Shown piece by piece: positions 38,445 through 50,178 of a stretch of DNA of 64,000 nt (the stretch's first letter is position 1; the number at the start of each line of letters is the position of its first letter). The stretch spans positions 99,194 through 163,193 of the forward strand of contig CAWGWM010000003.1 of the NCBI GenBank assembly GCA_963826245.1, in the 5' to 3' direction. The notes beneath the pieces are model-generated. The model ran no database searches. It was not told the DNA's origin and saw only the letters and a list, made by a program, of their open reading frames with translations. The translations under genes were made by a program, and so were the position numbers. Source of the stretch: an uncultured Thermoleophilia bacterium. Lineage in GTDB: Bacteria; Actinomycetota; Thermoleophilia; Gaiellales; Gaiellaceae.

Positions 38445-39274
38445 TCAGGCGCGCCCGCCACCACCTGCTGACCGTGTACGCGATGCTCGCGTTCGCGTAC
38501 CTGATGCTGCCGATCGCGGTCGTGATCCTGTTCTCGTTCAACAGCCCCAAGGGCCGCTTCAACTATGTCTGGCAGGGCTTCACGTTCCAGAACTGGATCC
38601 ACTGGGACGCGATGCCCGGCTTGAAGGACGCGCTCATCACGTCGCTCGAGATCGGCCTGATCTCGACGGTCGTCGCGACCATGCTCGGCACGTTCATCGC
38701 GCTCGCGCTCGTTCGCCACGACTTCCGCGGGCGGGGTGCCACGAACGTGCTGATCTTCCTGCCCATGTCAACCCCCGAGATCGTCCTCGGTGCGTCGCTC
38801 CTGACGCTGTTCATCAACCTCCAGGTGACGCTCGGGTTCGCGACGATCTTCATCGCTCACGTGATGTTCATCGTGAGCTACGTCGTGGTCACGGTGAAGG
38901 CACGCCTGATCGGCTTCGACCGGTACCTCGAGGAGGCAGCGATGGACCTCGGGGCGAACGAGTGGACGACGTTCCGGAAGATCACGCTGCCCCTGCTCGC
39001 GCCCGCCATCCTGAGCGCGGCGCTCCTCGGCTTCGCGCTCTCGATCGACGACTTCGTAATCACGTACTTCAACGCAGGCTCGACGACGACGTTCCCGCTG
39101 CTCGTTTGGGGGGCCGCGCGCGTGTCCGTGCCGCCGCAGATCAACGTCGTCGCGAGCGCGATCTTCCTCGTCGCAGTCGCGTTCATGGTCGGCAACATCC
39201 TGGTCGGCAACCGGCGCGGGCGCGAGGTCGCCGAGCCCGCGGTCCCGGCGGCGATGGCCCCGAGAGAAGGCTGA
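38441..39274 (+). CDS. potC: Polyamine ABC transporter permease
   Basis: LEEAAMDLGA...FALSIDDFVITYF. Confidence 0.9.
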   Translation: MIRRARHHLLTVYAMLAFAYLMLPIAVVILFSFNSPKGRFNYVWQGFTFQNWIHWDAMPGLKDALITSLEIGLISTVVATMLGTFIALALVRHDFRGRGATNVLIFLPMSTPEIVLGASLLTLFINLQVTLGFATIFIAHVMFIVSYVVVTVKARLIGFDRYLEEAAMDLGANEWTTFRKITLPLLAPAILSAALLGFALSIDDFVITYFNAGSTTTFPLLVWGAARVSVPPQINVVASAIFLVAVAFMVGNILVGNRRGREVAEPAVPAAMAPREG

Positions 39275-39275
39275 A

Positions 39276-40727
39276 GTGGGCCGGGGCGACCTTCAGCAGA
39301 ACGCGCGAGACCACCTCTGGATGCACTTCACACGCATGGGTGGGTTCGGCGACGGCCAGGACGTGCCGATCATCGTCAAGGGCGACGGCTGCTACCTCTG
39401 GGACGCGAACGGCAAGCGCTACCTCGACGCGTTGGCAGGGCTGTTCTCCGTCAACATCGGCTACGGCTTCGGCGAGGAGATCGGCCAGGCGGCCCTCGAG
39501 CAGATGTGCGAGCTGCCGTTCTACACCAACTGGTCGTACGCGCACCCCAAGGCGATCGAGCTCGCGACCGAACTCGCCTCGCTCGCGCCCGGCGACCTGA
39601 ACCGCGTCTTCTTCGTCTCGGGAGGCTCCGAGGCCGTCGAGTCGGCGTGGAAGCTCGCCCGGCAGTACTACGCGGCTCGGGGTGAGAAGCGGCTCGCGAC
39701 CGCGCTCGGCGAGCCGGAGACCCGGCACGACGCGATCTTCTCGGCTGCCCGGCGAGGACCGCACCGCTACAAGGCGATCGCCCGCCACATCGCCTACCAC
39801 GGGACGACGATGGGGGCGCTCTCGATCAACGGCATCCCCGCGCTGCGCGAGACGTTCGAGCCGCTCGTGCCCGAGGTGCGACACGTGCACAACACGAACC
39901 GCTACCACCGGCCGGGCGGCGAGACCGAGCAGGAGTTCACGCAGTTCCTCCTCGACGACCTCGAGCAGGCGGTTCTCGCCATGGGGCCCGAGACGGTCTG
40001 TCTCGTCCACATGGAGCCCGTCCAGAACGCGGGCGGCTGCTTCACGCCGCCCGAGGGGTACTGGGCCGGCGTGCGGGCGATCTGCGACGAGTACGACATC
40101 CTCCTCTCGGCAGACGAGGTGATCACCGCCTTCGGCCGCGTCGGGCACTGGTTCGGGTCGGAGCGCTACGACATCAAGCCGGACATCGTCACGTGCGCCA
40201 AGGGCCTGTCGTCGTCGTACGGCCCGATCGGTGCCGTGATCGCGACCGACCGCGTGATGGAGCCGTTCCTCGACGCGACGTCGGTGTACTCGCACGGCGT
40301 CACCTTCGGAGGCCATCCGGTGATGTGCGCGATCGCGCTCAAGAACATCGAGATCATGAAGCGCGAGGGCATCGTCCAGCACGTCCGCGACACGCAGGAT
40401 GCCTTCCGGGCCAAGCTCGAGACCTTGCTCGATCTCCCGATCGTCGGTGACGTGCGAGGGACGGGGTTCTTCTACGCCGTCGAGCTCGTCAAGGACAAGG
40501 AGAAGAGGACGACGTTCGACGACGCCGAGTGCGAGTCGTTGCTGCGCGGATACCTCTCACCGGCGCTCTTCGAGGCCGGCCTGATCTGCCGTCAGGACGA
40601 CCGTGGCGACCCGGTCGTGCAGATCTCGCCGCCTCTGATCGCGGGCGAGTCCGAGATGGACGAGATCGTCGGCACGCTCGGCACGGTCCTCGCCGAGGCG
40701 TCGAAGCGCCTGAAGCTCGGGGGATAG
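39276..40727 (+). CDS. Class III PLP aminotransferase (putrescine/omega-amine transaminase-like)
   Basis: YLDALAGLF, AYHGTT, EPVQNAGG, DEVITAFGR and TCAKGLSS. Confidence 0.92.
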   Translation: MGRGDLQQNARDHLWMHFTRMGGFGDGQDVPIIVKGDGCYLWDANGKRYLDALAGLFSVNIGYGFGEEIGQAALEQMCELPFYTNWSYAHPKAIELATELASLAPGDLNRVFFVSGGSEAVESAWKLARQYYAARGEKRLATALGEPETRHDAIFSAARRGPHRYKAIARHIAYHGTTMGALSINGIPALRETFEPLVPEVRHVHNTNRYHRPGGETEQEFTQFLLDDLEQAVLAMGPETVCLVHMEPVQNAGGCFTPPEGYWAGVRAICDEYDILLSADEVITAFGRVGHWFGSERYDIKPDIVTCAKGLSSSYGPIGAVIATDRVMEPFLDATSVYSHGVTFGGHPVMCAIALKNIEIMKREGIVQHVRDTQDAFRAKLETLLDLPIVGDVRGTGFFYAVELVKDKEKRTTFDDAECESLLRGYLSPALFEAGLICRQDDRGDPVVQISPPLIAGESEMDEIVGTLGTVLAEASKRLKLGG

Positions 40728-40810
40728 CTGCGGGAAGGGTACGGTTACCTCTACTGCGGCGACCCTACGGCTCGGGCAGTATCCCAGTCGGACCCGACGA
40801 GGAGGCGCAT

Positions 40811-41554
40811 GTGGAACATGGAAACGGATCGGCGGTCGTCGTCGCGCAGGACGTGACGCGGCGCTTCGGCGCCGGCGATACGGCTGTCGATGCCCTGCGG
40901 GGCGTCTCGGTCGAGGTGCCGGCCGGAAAGCTGACCGCGGTGATGGGGCCGTCCGGGTCCGGCAAGTCGACCCTGATGCACATACTCGCGGGTCTCGACA
41001 AGCCCACGTCGGGGTCGGTAGCGGTCGCCGGCAAGGAGATCACGACGCTGGGCGACGGCGAGCTCACGAAGCTGCGTCGAGAGCACATCGGCTTCGTCTT
41101 CCAGTTCTTCAACCTGTTGCCGATGCTGAACGCGAAGGAGAACATCCTGCTCCCGCTGACGATCGCCGGCGAGAAGCCCGACGAGGCGTGGATGACCGAG
41201 CTGATCGGCTCCGTCGGGCTCGGAGACAGGCTCGGCCATCGCCCCTCGGAGCTCTCCGGCGGACAGCAGCAGCGCGTTGCGATCGCGCGAGCGCTCGTCT
41301 CCCGTCCGGACGTCGTCTTCGCCGACGAGCCGACCGGCAACCTCGACTCGAAGACGGGCGGTGAGATCCTCGAGTTGCTTCGGCACGCCGTCGAGGACAT
41401 GCACCAGACGGTCGTGATGGTCACCCACGAGGCGCGTGCCGCGGCGATCTCGGACAGGGTCCTGTTCCTCGCGGACGGCAACATCGTTCGCGAGTTGTCT
41501 GGCGCATCCGTGCACGACATCTCCGCATCGATGGAAGAGATCAGCAGTCAATGA
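40811..41554 (+). CDS. ABC transporter ATP-binding protein (LolD/MacB-like)
   Basis: GPSGSGKST, FVFQFFNL, LSGGQQQRV and FADEPTGNLD, with an AGGAGG RBS before GTG 40811. Confidence 0.93.
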   Translation: MEHGNGSAVVVAQDVTRRFGAGDTAVDALRGVSVEVPAGKLTAVMGPSGSGKSTLMHILAGLDKPTSGSVAVAGKEITTLGDGELTKLRREHIGFVFQFFNLLPMLNAKENILLPLTIAGEKPDEAWMTELIGSVGLGDRLGHRPSELSGGQQQRVAIARALVSRPDVVFADEPTGNLDSKTGGEILELLRHAVEDMHQTVVMVTHEARAAAISDRVLFLADGNIVRELSGASVHDISASMEEISSQ

Positions 41555-44106
41555 TCAGGTTCGCGCTGAAGGGGATGGCGGGACGGAAGCTGCGCACCGC
41601 GCTCACGGCGCTCGCGGTGATCCTCGGCGTGACGATGGTCAGCGGTACGTTCGTCCTCACCGACTCGATCGACAAGGCGTTCGGCGCGATCTTCTCGAGT
41701 GTCTACGAAGGCACCGACGCGACGATCACGGGCAAGTCGGCCTTCGATCTCTCGGACGGGTCGGGGACGATCGCTCCGCCGTTCGACGAGTCGCTCCAGT
41801 CGGAGATAGCGGCGCTTCCCGGTGTTGCCGCGGCAATCGGCGGCGTCGGCGGCGAGGCACAGCTGATCGGGGACAACGGAAAGGCGATCGTCTTCGGGGG
41901 GGCGCCGAACCTCGGCTTCAGCGTCGACCCGACGAAGCCGGAGTTCAACACGCTCACGCTCGAAGAGGGTGCCTGGCCGGACGACGGCGAGGTCGTGATC
42001 GACATCGCGACCGCCTCGAAGAAGAATCTGGAGGTCGGCCAGTCGATCGGCGTGCAGGCAGAGGGGCCCGTCGACCAGTTCACGATCTCCGGTCTCGTGA
42101 AGTTCGGCTCGGTCGCCACGATCGGTGGCGCGACGCTCGCAGGCTTCAATCTCCCGACGGCGCAGCAGCTGTTCCGCAAGGTCGGCAAGCTCGATCAGAT
42201 CCGGGTCGCCGGTAAGCCGGGTGTCTCGCCGGCCCAGCTCGTGTCCGAGATCGCCGCGATCCTGCCCGAGGGAACGCAGGTGCGGACGGGGGCCGAGCAG
42301 GCAACCGAGGACGCCAAGGGCACGGACGAGTTCATCTCCTTCCTCCGCTACTTCCTGCTCGCGTTCGGCGTGATCGCTCTCTTCGTCGGAGCCTTCGTCA
42401 TCTTCAACTCGCTGTCGATCACGATCGCCCAGCGCACGCGCGAGCTCGCCACCCTGCGGACGCTCGGAGCCTCGCGACGCCAGGTGCGGTTCTCGGTCAT
42501 CGTCGAATCGCTCTTCATGGGGACGATCGCATCGATCATCGGGCTGTTCCTCGGCCTCGCGCTCGCAACGGGGCTGTTCAAGCTCTTCGACGCCGTCGGG
42601 TTCACGTTGCCGAACAGCGGGCTGATCTTCGGCACGCGCACGATCGTCGTCTCGCTGTTGCTCGGGATCAGCGTGACCCTGATCGCGAGCATCATGCCGG
42701 CGTTCAAGGCGACCAGGGTGCCGCCGATCGCGGCCGTACGCGAGGGCGCGTCGATCGCGCCGGGCCGCTTTGCCCGCTTCCGGACGCCGATCGCGGCCGT
42801 GATCACGTTGCTCGGCTTCGCGGGGCTCCTGTGGGGGCTCTTCGGGCCCAACCTCGATACGACCAAGATCCTCCTCTTCATGATCCTCGGCATGGTGCTC
42901 GTCTTCATCGGCGTCGCGATGCTCTCGGCGCCGCTGATACCGGGCCTGACGGGCATCCTCGGTTGGCCCGGTGCGCGACTCGGCGGCGCCGCCGGAGTGC
43001 TTGCGCGCGACAACGCCCGGCGGAACCCGCAGAGGACAGCCTCGACCGCGGCCGCGCTCATGATCGGCCTGGCGCTCGTCACGCTCGTCGCCACGCTTGC
43101 AGGCAGCGTCGTGCAGACGTTCACGGGGGCAGTGAACGAGATCTTCATCGGGGACTACGCCATCACGGCGCAGAACAACTTCTCACCGATCCCGGTGGAC
43201 GCGGCCAATGCCGCGGCCGCGGCACCAGGCGCGATCTCGGTCGGGAACGTCCGAACGGGCGAGACGCTCGTGTTCGGCTCGACCGAGTTCTCGACAGCGG
43301 TCGACGCGGGCGCGAAGGACGTGATCAAGCTCGACTGGGTCGAGGGGTCGAGCGCTGTCTTCGGTGAGCTCGGCAAGGACGGCGCCTTCGTCGACCAGGA
43401 CTACGCGAAGAAGCACGACCTCACGGTCGGGTCGCCGGTCGAGGTCACGTTCGCGAACGGAACGACGAGCGCATTCGTGATCAGGGGAATCTTCGACCCC
43501 CCGTCCGGCGGCTCGCCGTTCGGCGTCGTGACGATCTCGACCGAAGCCTGGGACGCGGAGAACCCGACGCCGAAGAACGTCTATTCGTTCGTGCTCATGA
43601 GCGGCGGGGAGACGGAGGCGAACGCCGCTGCCCTCGAGAAGGCGCTCGAGCCGTTCCCGAACGCCAAGGTGGCGACGAGGAGCCAGTTCGTCGACAACCA
43701 GATATCGGGGCTGAAGTCGGTCCTCAACGTCCTCTACGTCCTGCTCGGGCTGTCGGTCATCGTCAGCCTCTTCGGGATCGTCAACACGCTCGTGCTCAGC
43801 GTCTTCGAGCGAACGCGTGAGATCGGGATGCTGCGCGCGATCGGGATGACGCGGCGTCAGACCCGGCGGATGATCCGGCACGAGAGCGTGATCACGTCGA
43901 TGATCGGCGCCCTCATCGGCATCGTGCTCGGCGTCATTCTGGCCGGACTGCTGATCCTCAAGATCGACCTGATCGACTTCTCGTTCCCGACGACGCAGGT
44001 GATCGTGTTCGCCGTCGCGGCGGTTATCGTCGGCGTCGTCGCGGCGATCTTCCCGGCCCGCCGGGCTGCGAAGCTCAACCCGTTGGAGGCCCTGCACTAC
44101 GAGTAG
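41551..44106 (+). CDS. FtsX-like ABC permease (two FtsX domains)
   Basis: QRTRELATLRTLGAS and ERTREIGMLRAIG motifs in an 851-aa protein. Confidence 0.93.
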   Translation: MIRFALKGMAGRKLRTALTALAVILGVTMVSGTFVLTDSIDKAFGAIFSSVYEGTDATITGKSAFDLSDGSGTIAPPFDESLQSEIAALPGVAAAIGGVGGEAQLIGDNGKAIVFGGAPNLGFSVDPTKPEFNTLTLEEGAWPDDGEVVIDIATASKKNLEVGQSIGVQAEGPVDQFTISGLVKFGSVATIGGATLAGFNLPTAQQLFRKVGKLDQIRVAGKPGVSPAQLVSEIAAILPEGTQVRTGAEQATEDAKGTDEFISFLRYFLLAFGVIALFVGAFVIFNSLSITIAQRTRELATLRTLGASRRQVRFSVIVESLFMGTIASIIGLFLGLALATGLFKLFDAVGFTLPNSGLIFGTRTIVVSLLLGISVTLIASIMPAFKATRVPPIAAVREGASIAPGRFARFRTPIAAVITLLGFAGLLWGLFGPNLDTTKILLFMILGMVLVFIGVAMLSAPLIPGLTGILGWPGARLGGAAGVLARDNARRNPQRTASTAAALMIGLALVTLVATLAGSVVQTFTGAVNEIFIGDYAITAQNNFSPIPVDAANAAAAAPGAISVGNVRTGETLVFGSTEFSTAVDAGAKDVIKLDWVEGSSAVFGELGKDGAFVDQDYAKKHDLTVGSPVEVTFANGTTSAFVIRGIFDPPSGGSPFGVVTISTEAWDAENPTPKNVYSFVLMSGGETEANAAALEKALEPFPNAKVATRSQFVDNQISGLKSVLNVLYVLLGLSVIVSLFGIVNTLVLSVFERTREIGMLRAIGMTRRQTRRMIRHESVITSMIGALIGIVLGVILAGLLILKIDLIDFSFPTTQVIVFAVAAVIVGVVAAIFPARRAAKLNPLEALHYE

Positions 44107-44109
44107 GGC

Positions 44110-44133
44110 GGGGAGAGACTTCAGTCTCTCCTC
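44110..44133. terminator. Hairpin between convergent genes
   Basis: GGAGAGAC-TTCA-GTCTCTCC. Confidence 0.6.
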
Positions 44134-44142
44134 GGCACAGCT

Positions 44143-45555
44143 CTAGCTCCGCGTTCTCCGCGCGATACCGTCACGCTCGGCTGCCTCGGCGACCGCCGCC
44201 GCGACGGCCTGCGTCACGTCGCGGTTGAACACGCTCGGCATCACGTACTCCGGCCCGAGCTCGTCGTCGGCGATGACCGATGCAATCGCGTGACCCGCGG
44301 CGACCTTCATGCTTTCGGTGATCGTGCTCGCGCGCACGTCGAGCGCTCCGCGGAAGACGCCTGGAAACGCGAGCACGTTGTTGATCTGGTTCGGGTAGTC
44401 CGAGCGGCCGGTTGCGACGACCGCGACCTTGCCGGGCGGAAGATCCTCCGGCGCGATCTCGGGTGTCGGGTTGGCCATCGCGAAGACGATCGCGTCGTCC
44501 GACATTCGTGCGACTCCGTCCCTCGAGACCGCGCCGGGCATCGAGAGGCCGATGTAGACGTCGGCGCCTTCGAGGACGTCGTCCGCGGAGCCGCTCGCGC
44601 GATCCGGATTCGTCCGGCTCGCGTACGCCTCCTTGGTCGCGTCGAGGCCGTCGCGCCCCACGTAGATCGCACCTTTTCTGTCGCACCCGATCACCGTCCG
44701 GACACCCGCGTTGAGCAGGATGTCGGTGACGGCGACGCCCGCCGCACCGACTCCGGTGACCACGACCTTGACGTCGCCGATCCGCTTGCCCACGACCTTC
44801 AGCGCGTTGAGCAGCGCTGCGAGCACGACGATCGCCGTGCCGTGCTGGTCGTCGTGGAAGACCGGGATGTCGAGCTCGGCGCGGAGCCGCCGCTCGATCT
44901 CGAAGCACCGCGGGGCGGAGATGTCCTCGAGGTTGATCCCGCCGAAGCCCGGTGCTATCCCCTTGACGATCGCGACGATCTCGTCCGGATCCTTCGTATC
45001 GAGACAGAGCGGCCAGGCGTCGACGCCGCCGAACTCCTTGAAGAGGAGGGCCTTGCCCTCCATCACCGGCATCGCGGCCCGCGGGCCGATGTCGCCGAGC
45101 CCGAGCACCGCGGTGCCGTCGGACACGACCGCGACGGTGTTCTGCTTGATCGTCAGGTTCCAGGCCAACTCCGGATCGTCCGCAACGGCCCGACAGATCC
45201 GCGCCACCCCGGGCGTGTACGCCATCGAGAGGTCGTCCCGCGTCCTGACGGGGATCTTCGACTGCATCTCGATCTTGCCGCCGAGGTGCATCAGGAACGT
45301 TCGATCGGAGACGCGTTCCACCTCGACGCCCTCGGTGCCCCGGACGCTCTCGACGATGCGCGCCAGGTGCTCGGCGTCGGTTGCCTCGACCGTTACGTCG
45401 CGCAGCTTCGTTCCCTTGTCGACACGCACGAGGTCGATGGCGCCCATCGAGCCGCCCTCGTCGCCGATCGCCTTGGCGAGCCGGGCGAACGAACCGGGCG
45501 CGTTGGAGAGCCTGACGCGAATGGTTGCGCTGAACGACGCGGACAGATGGCTCAT
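44143..45555 (-). CDS. NAD-dependent malic enzyme with N-terminal ACT domain
   Basis: DDLSMAYTPGVA, VSDGTAVLGLG, PVMEGKALLFK, INLEDI, FHDDQHGT and GRSDYPNQINN. Confidence 0.95.
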   Translation of the reverse strand: MSHLSASFSATIRVRLSNAPGSFARLAKAIGDEGGSMGAIDLVRVDKGTKLRDVTVEATDAEHLARIVESVRGTEGVEVERVSDRTFLMHLGGKIEMQSKIPVRTRDDLSMAYTPGVARICRAVADDPELAWNLTIKQNTVAVVSDGTAVLGLGDIGPRAAMPVMEGKALLFKEFGGVDAWPLCLDTKDPDEIVAIVKGIAPGFGGINLEDISAPRCFEIERRLRAELDIPVFHDDQHGTAIVVLAALLNALKVVGKRIGDVKVVVTGVGAAGVAVTDILLNAGVRTVIGCDRKGAIYVGRDGLDATKEAYASRTNPDRASGSADDVLEGADVYIGLSMPGAVSRDGVARMSDDAIVFAMANPTPEIAPEDLPPGKVAVVATGRSDYPNQINNVLAFPGVFRGALDVRASTITESMKVAAGHAIASVIADDELGPEYVMPSVFNRDVTQAVAAAVAEAAERDGIARRTRS

Positions 45556-46760
45556 GTTCGAATCACTCCTTCTGCGGCCAGGGCCGCGATGTCCTCGGGC
45601 TCGTACCCGGCCGCACGCAGTATCTCTGCAGAGTGCTCGCCGACGGTGGGGGGACCGTACCGGTGAAGCGCCCGTTCCCCGTCGAACGACACCGGAAGCG
45701 CCGTCAGCTGGAGATCGGGGATCGACGGGTGGGGCAGAGACTGGAGGATCCCGAGCGCTTCCGTCTGCGGGGCATGCACGACATCCGCAACGTCTGCCAC
45801 CGGGGCGGCCGGAACGCCGGCGGCGGACAGGCGCTGCTGCCACTCGCCGGTGTCGCGCTCTCGGAGCGTGACCTCGAGGATCGAGCACAGCTCGTCTCGG
45901 TGCGCGACCCGGTCGCGGTTCGTCCTGAAACGCGGATCGTCGACGAGGGCAGGGAGCCCGACGACGGAGCAGATCGCGGCGAACAGGCGATCGTTGCCAC
46001 CGGCGATCATGAGCTCCCCGTCCCGTGTCGGAAACACCTGGTAGGGGGCCACCATCGGGAACCTCGTCCCCTGGCCGTGCGGGACGGTGCCGTCCGCCAG
46101 GTAGCCCGCGAGGTGATAGCCGATGTATCCGAGGGCCGTCTCGTAGAGCGAGACGTCGACCACCGATCCCGCACCGCTCCTGTCGCGGTCGAGCAGCGCG
46201 GCGAGGATGCCGAGTGCAGCCCACGTGCCGGTGCCCTGGTCGATCAACGAGGAGCCGACCCGGACGCCCGGGCGACCCGGCTCGCCGGTCATCGAGATGA
46301 GGCCGCCTGCCGCCTGCATGAGCGCGTCGTACCCCGGCTCGTCCTTCATCGGTCCCACGTGGCCGTACGCGCCGACCGAGCAGTAGACGAGTCGTGGGTT
46401 GCGCGCGCGGAGGGCGTCGGCCCCGAGACCGAGCTCGTCGGCGAGACCCGGCCGCAGGCTCTGGAGAAAGACGTCGGCTCCGTCGACGAGCCGCAGAAGC
46501 GCCTCGCGACCGCGTGGATCCCGCAGTGAGAGCGCGAGCGACCGCTTGCCCGCGTTGGCCGACAGGAACATCGTTCCCTCGCCGCTCCAGAACGGCGGCC
46601 CCCAGGCGCGGCCGTCATCGCCCGTGTCGGGGCGCTCGACCTTGATCACGTCGGCGCCGAGCGCCGAGAGGATCTGCGCGCAATACGGTCCCGCGATCGA
46701 TGTCGTCACGTCGAGGACGACCGTCCCCGAAAGCGGTGTGTGCGCCATGGCACCCATCAT
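45552..46760 (-). CDS. CaiB/BaiF class III CoA-transferase
   Basis: VLDVTTSIAGPYC, GADVIKVERP...GDDGR, NAGKRS and PGYDALMQA. Confidence 0.93.
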   Translation of the reverse strand: MMGAMAHTPLSGTVVLDVTTSIAGPYCAQILSALGADVIKVERPDTGDDGRAWGPPFWSGEGTMFLSANAGKRSLALSLRDPRGREALLRLVDGADVFLQSLRPGLADELGLGADALRARNPRLVYCSVGAYGHVGPMKDEPGYDALMQAAGGLISMTGEPGRPGVRVGSSLIDQGTGTWAALGILAALLDRDRSGAGSVVDVSLYETALGYIGYHLAGYLADGTVPHGQGTRFPMVAPYQVFPTRDGELMIAGGNDRLFAAICSVVGLPALVDDPRFRTNRDRVAHRDELCSILEVTLRERDTGEWQQRLSAAGVPAAPVADVADVVHAPQTEALGILQSLPHPSIPDLQLTALPVSFDGERALHRYGPPTVGEHSAEILRAAGYEPEDIAALAAEGVIRT

Positions 46761-46790
46761 GGCCGTTCAGCTCTCTGCGAGGATGCACTC

Positions 46791-47397
46791 ATGTTCCAGA
46801 TGATGGTCGACTGGGTCTCGGGCTCGAACTGGAGCTACGTGGCGGTCTTCGCGGTCGCGGTGCTCGACGCGTTCTTCCCCGTCGTCCCGAGCGAGACGAT
46901 GGTCATCGTCGCCGGAACCCTCGCGGGAGCCGGCGACCTCAACGTCTTCCTCGTGATCCTGGCGGCCTGGGGCGGGGCGGTGACAGGGGACAACATCTCG
47001 TACGGCATCGGCAAGGTCGTCGGCGAGCATACGGTCAAGCGTCTCTTCCGGCACGAGAAGGCCCACAGGGGCTTCGACTGGGCCGAGCAGCAACTCGAGG
47101 AGCGAGGGAGCTACATCATCATCATCGCGCGGTTCATCCCGTTCGGCCGCACGGCGGTCACGTTCACGGCGGGGTACACCCACGGCCTCCCGTGGCACCG
47201 GTTCTTCCGCTACGACGTCGTCGCCGGCGGTGTCTGGGCGACGTACGCGACGATGCTCGGGTACATCGGTGGGAAGCGGTTCGAGGAGCAGCCGTGGAAG
47301 GGCATCCTGCTCGGGCTCGCGATCGCGTTCAGCGTGGCGTTCGCAGTCGAGTGGATCGAGGCACCGGCGGTCGAAGGGCCCCGCATCGCAGCCGTGA
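46791..47397 (+). CDS. DedA-family membrane protein; probable +1 frameshift near 47359
   Basis: LDAFFPVVPSET, GDNISYGIG and ARFIPFGR. The shifted frame gives a natural basic tail WIRHRRSKGPASQP* ending at 47397. Confidence 0.88.
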
Positions 47398-47412
47398 CGC
47401 CAGGTCGCCTCG

Positions 47413-48168
47413 TCAGACGAGGAGCTTGACGAGCAGGACGACCGCGAGGACGAAGAGAACGAACAGCAGGAGGCCGATCGCGGCGATCGCGAGGCCGCCG
47501 AGGGCGAGGCCCATGACGGGCTTGGCGCTCACGTCGTCGCCCGTGAACGCCCTGTCGAGCTGTCGTTCGACGAACTGCTCGATTCGCTCCTCCAGTCGCT
47601 CGTCGACGCTCTTCGGCGTCTCGGTCTTGAGCGGCGGGAACGAGCGCGTGTCGTCGAGTGACAGCTCGTACAGTCGCTCGTGCTGAATGTCCTTCAGCTT
47701 CGCCTCGCCGAGGTCGACGACGTTCGCACCGTCCGGGAGGTCGTTTCCGATCAGCGATCGTGTCGTCTCGGAGAGCAGGATCTGGCCACCGTGACCGGCT
47801 CCACAGATGCGCGACGCGCGGACGACGTCGAGGCCGAGGTACCCCTCCTCGCCGACGGCGGGCTCCCCCGTGTGGAGCCCCATGCGCACGCGTACCGTCG
47901 TCTCGCCGGGCCACGGGTGATCGGCAAGGCGTCGCTGGGCGTCGACCGCGGCGCGTACGGCATCGCGGGCTCGGGGGAACGAGTAGAAGAAGGCGTCGCC
48001 CTGGGCATCGATCTCCGAGCCCCCGTTGCTTCCGAACGACTCTCGCACGATCCGCCGGTGGTCGCGCGTCACATCCGCATACGCGTCGCCCAGCTCCTGC
48101 AGCAGGCGGGTCGATCCCTCGATGTCCGTGAAGACGAACGTGACGGTTCCGGTCGGGAACGTCGACAT
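47413..48168 (-). CDS. Class III adenylate/guanylate cyclase-domain protein with C-terminal TM helix
   Basis: GTVTFVFTDIEGST, QGDAFF, VRMGLHTG and DVVRASRICGAGHGGQILLS. Confidence 0.9.
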   Translation of the reverse strand: MSTFPTGTVTFVFTDIEGSTRLLQELGDAYADVTRDHRRIVRESFGSNGGSEIDAQGDAFFYSFPRARDAVRAAVDAQRRLADHPWPGETTVRVRMGLHTGEPAVGEEGYLGLDVVRASRICGAGHGGQILLSETTRSLIGNDLPDGANVVDLGEAKLKDIQHERLYELSLDDTRSFPPLKTETPKSVDERLEERIEQFVERQLDRAFTGDDVSAKPVMGLALGGLAIAAIGLLLFVLFVLAVVLLVKLLV

Positions 48169-48235
48169 CGGGTGATCGTATCCGCGCTGCCGGGACGCCA
48201 CATCGTCTCGTGGGCGCCCCACGTAGGCTGAGATC

Positions 48236-50128
<1,893 letters not shown>

Positions 50129-50178
50129 CGGACAGAAAGGACGAGGTCACCCAACGCGGATCGACTACTCTCCCACGC

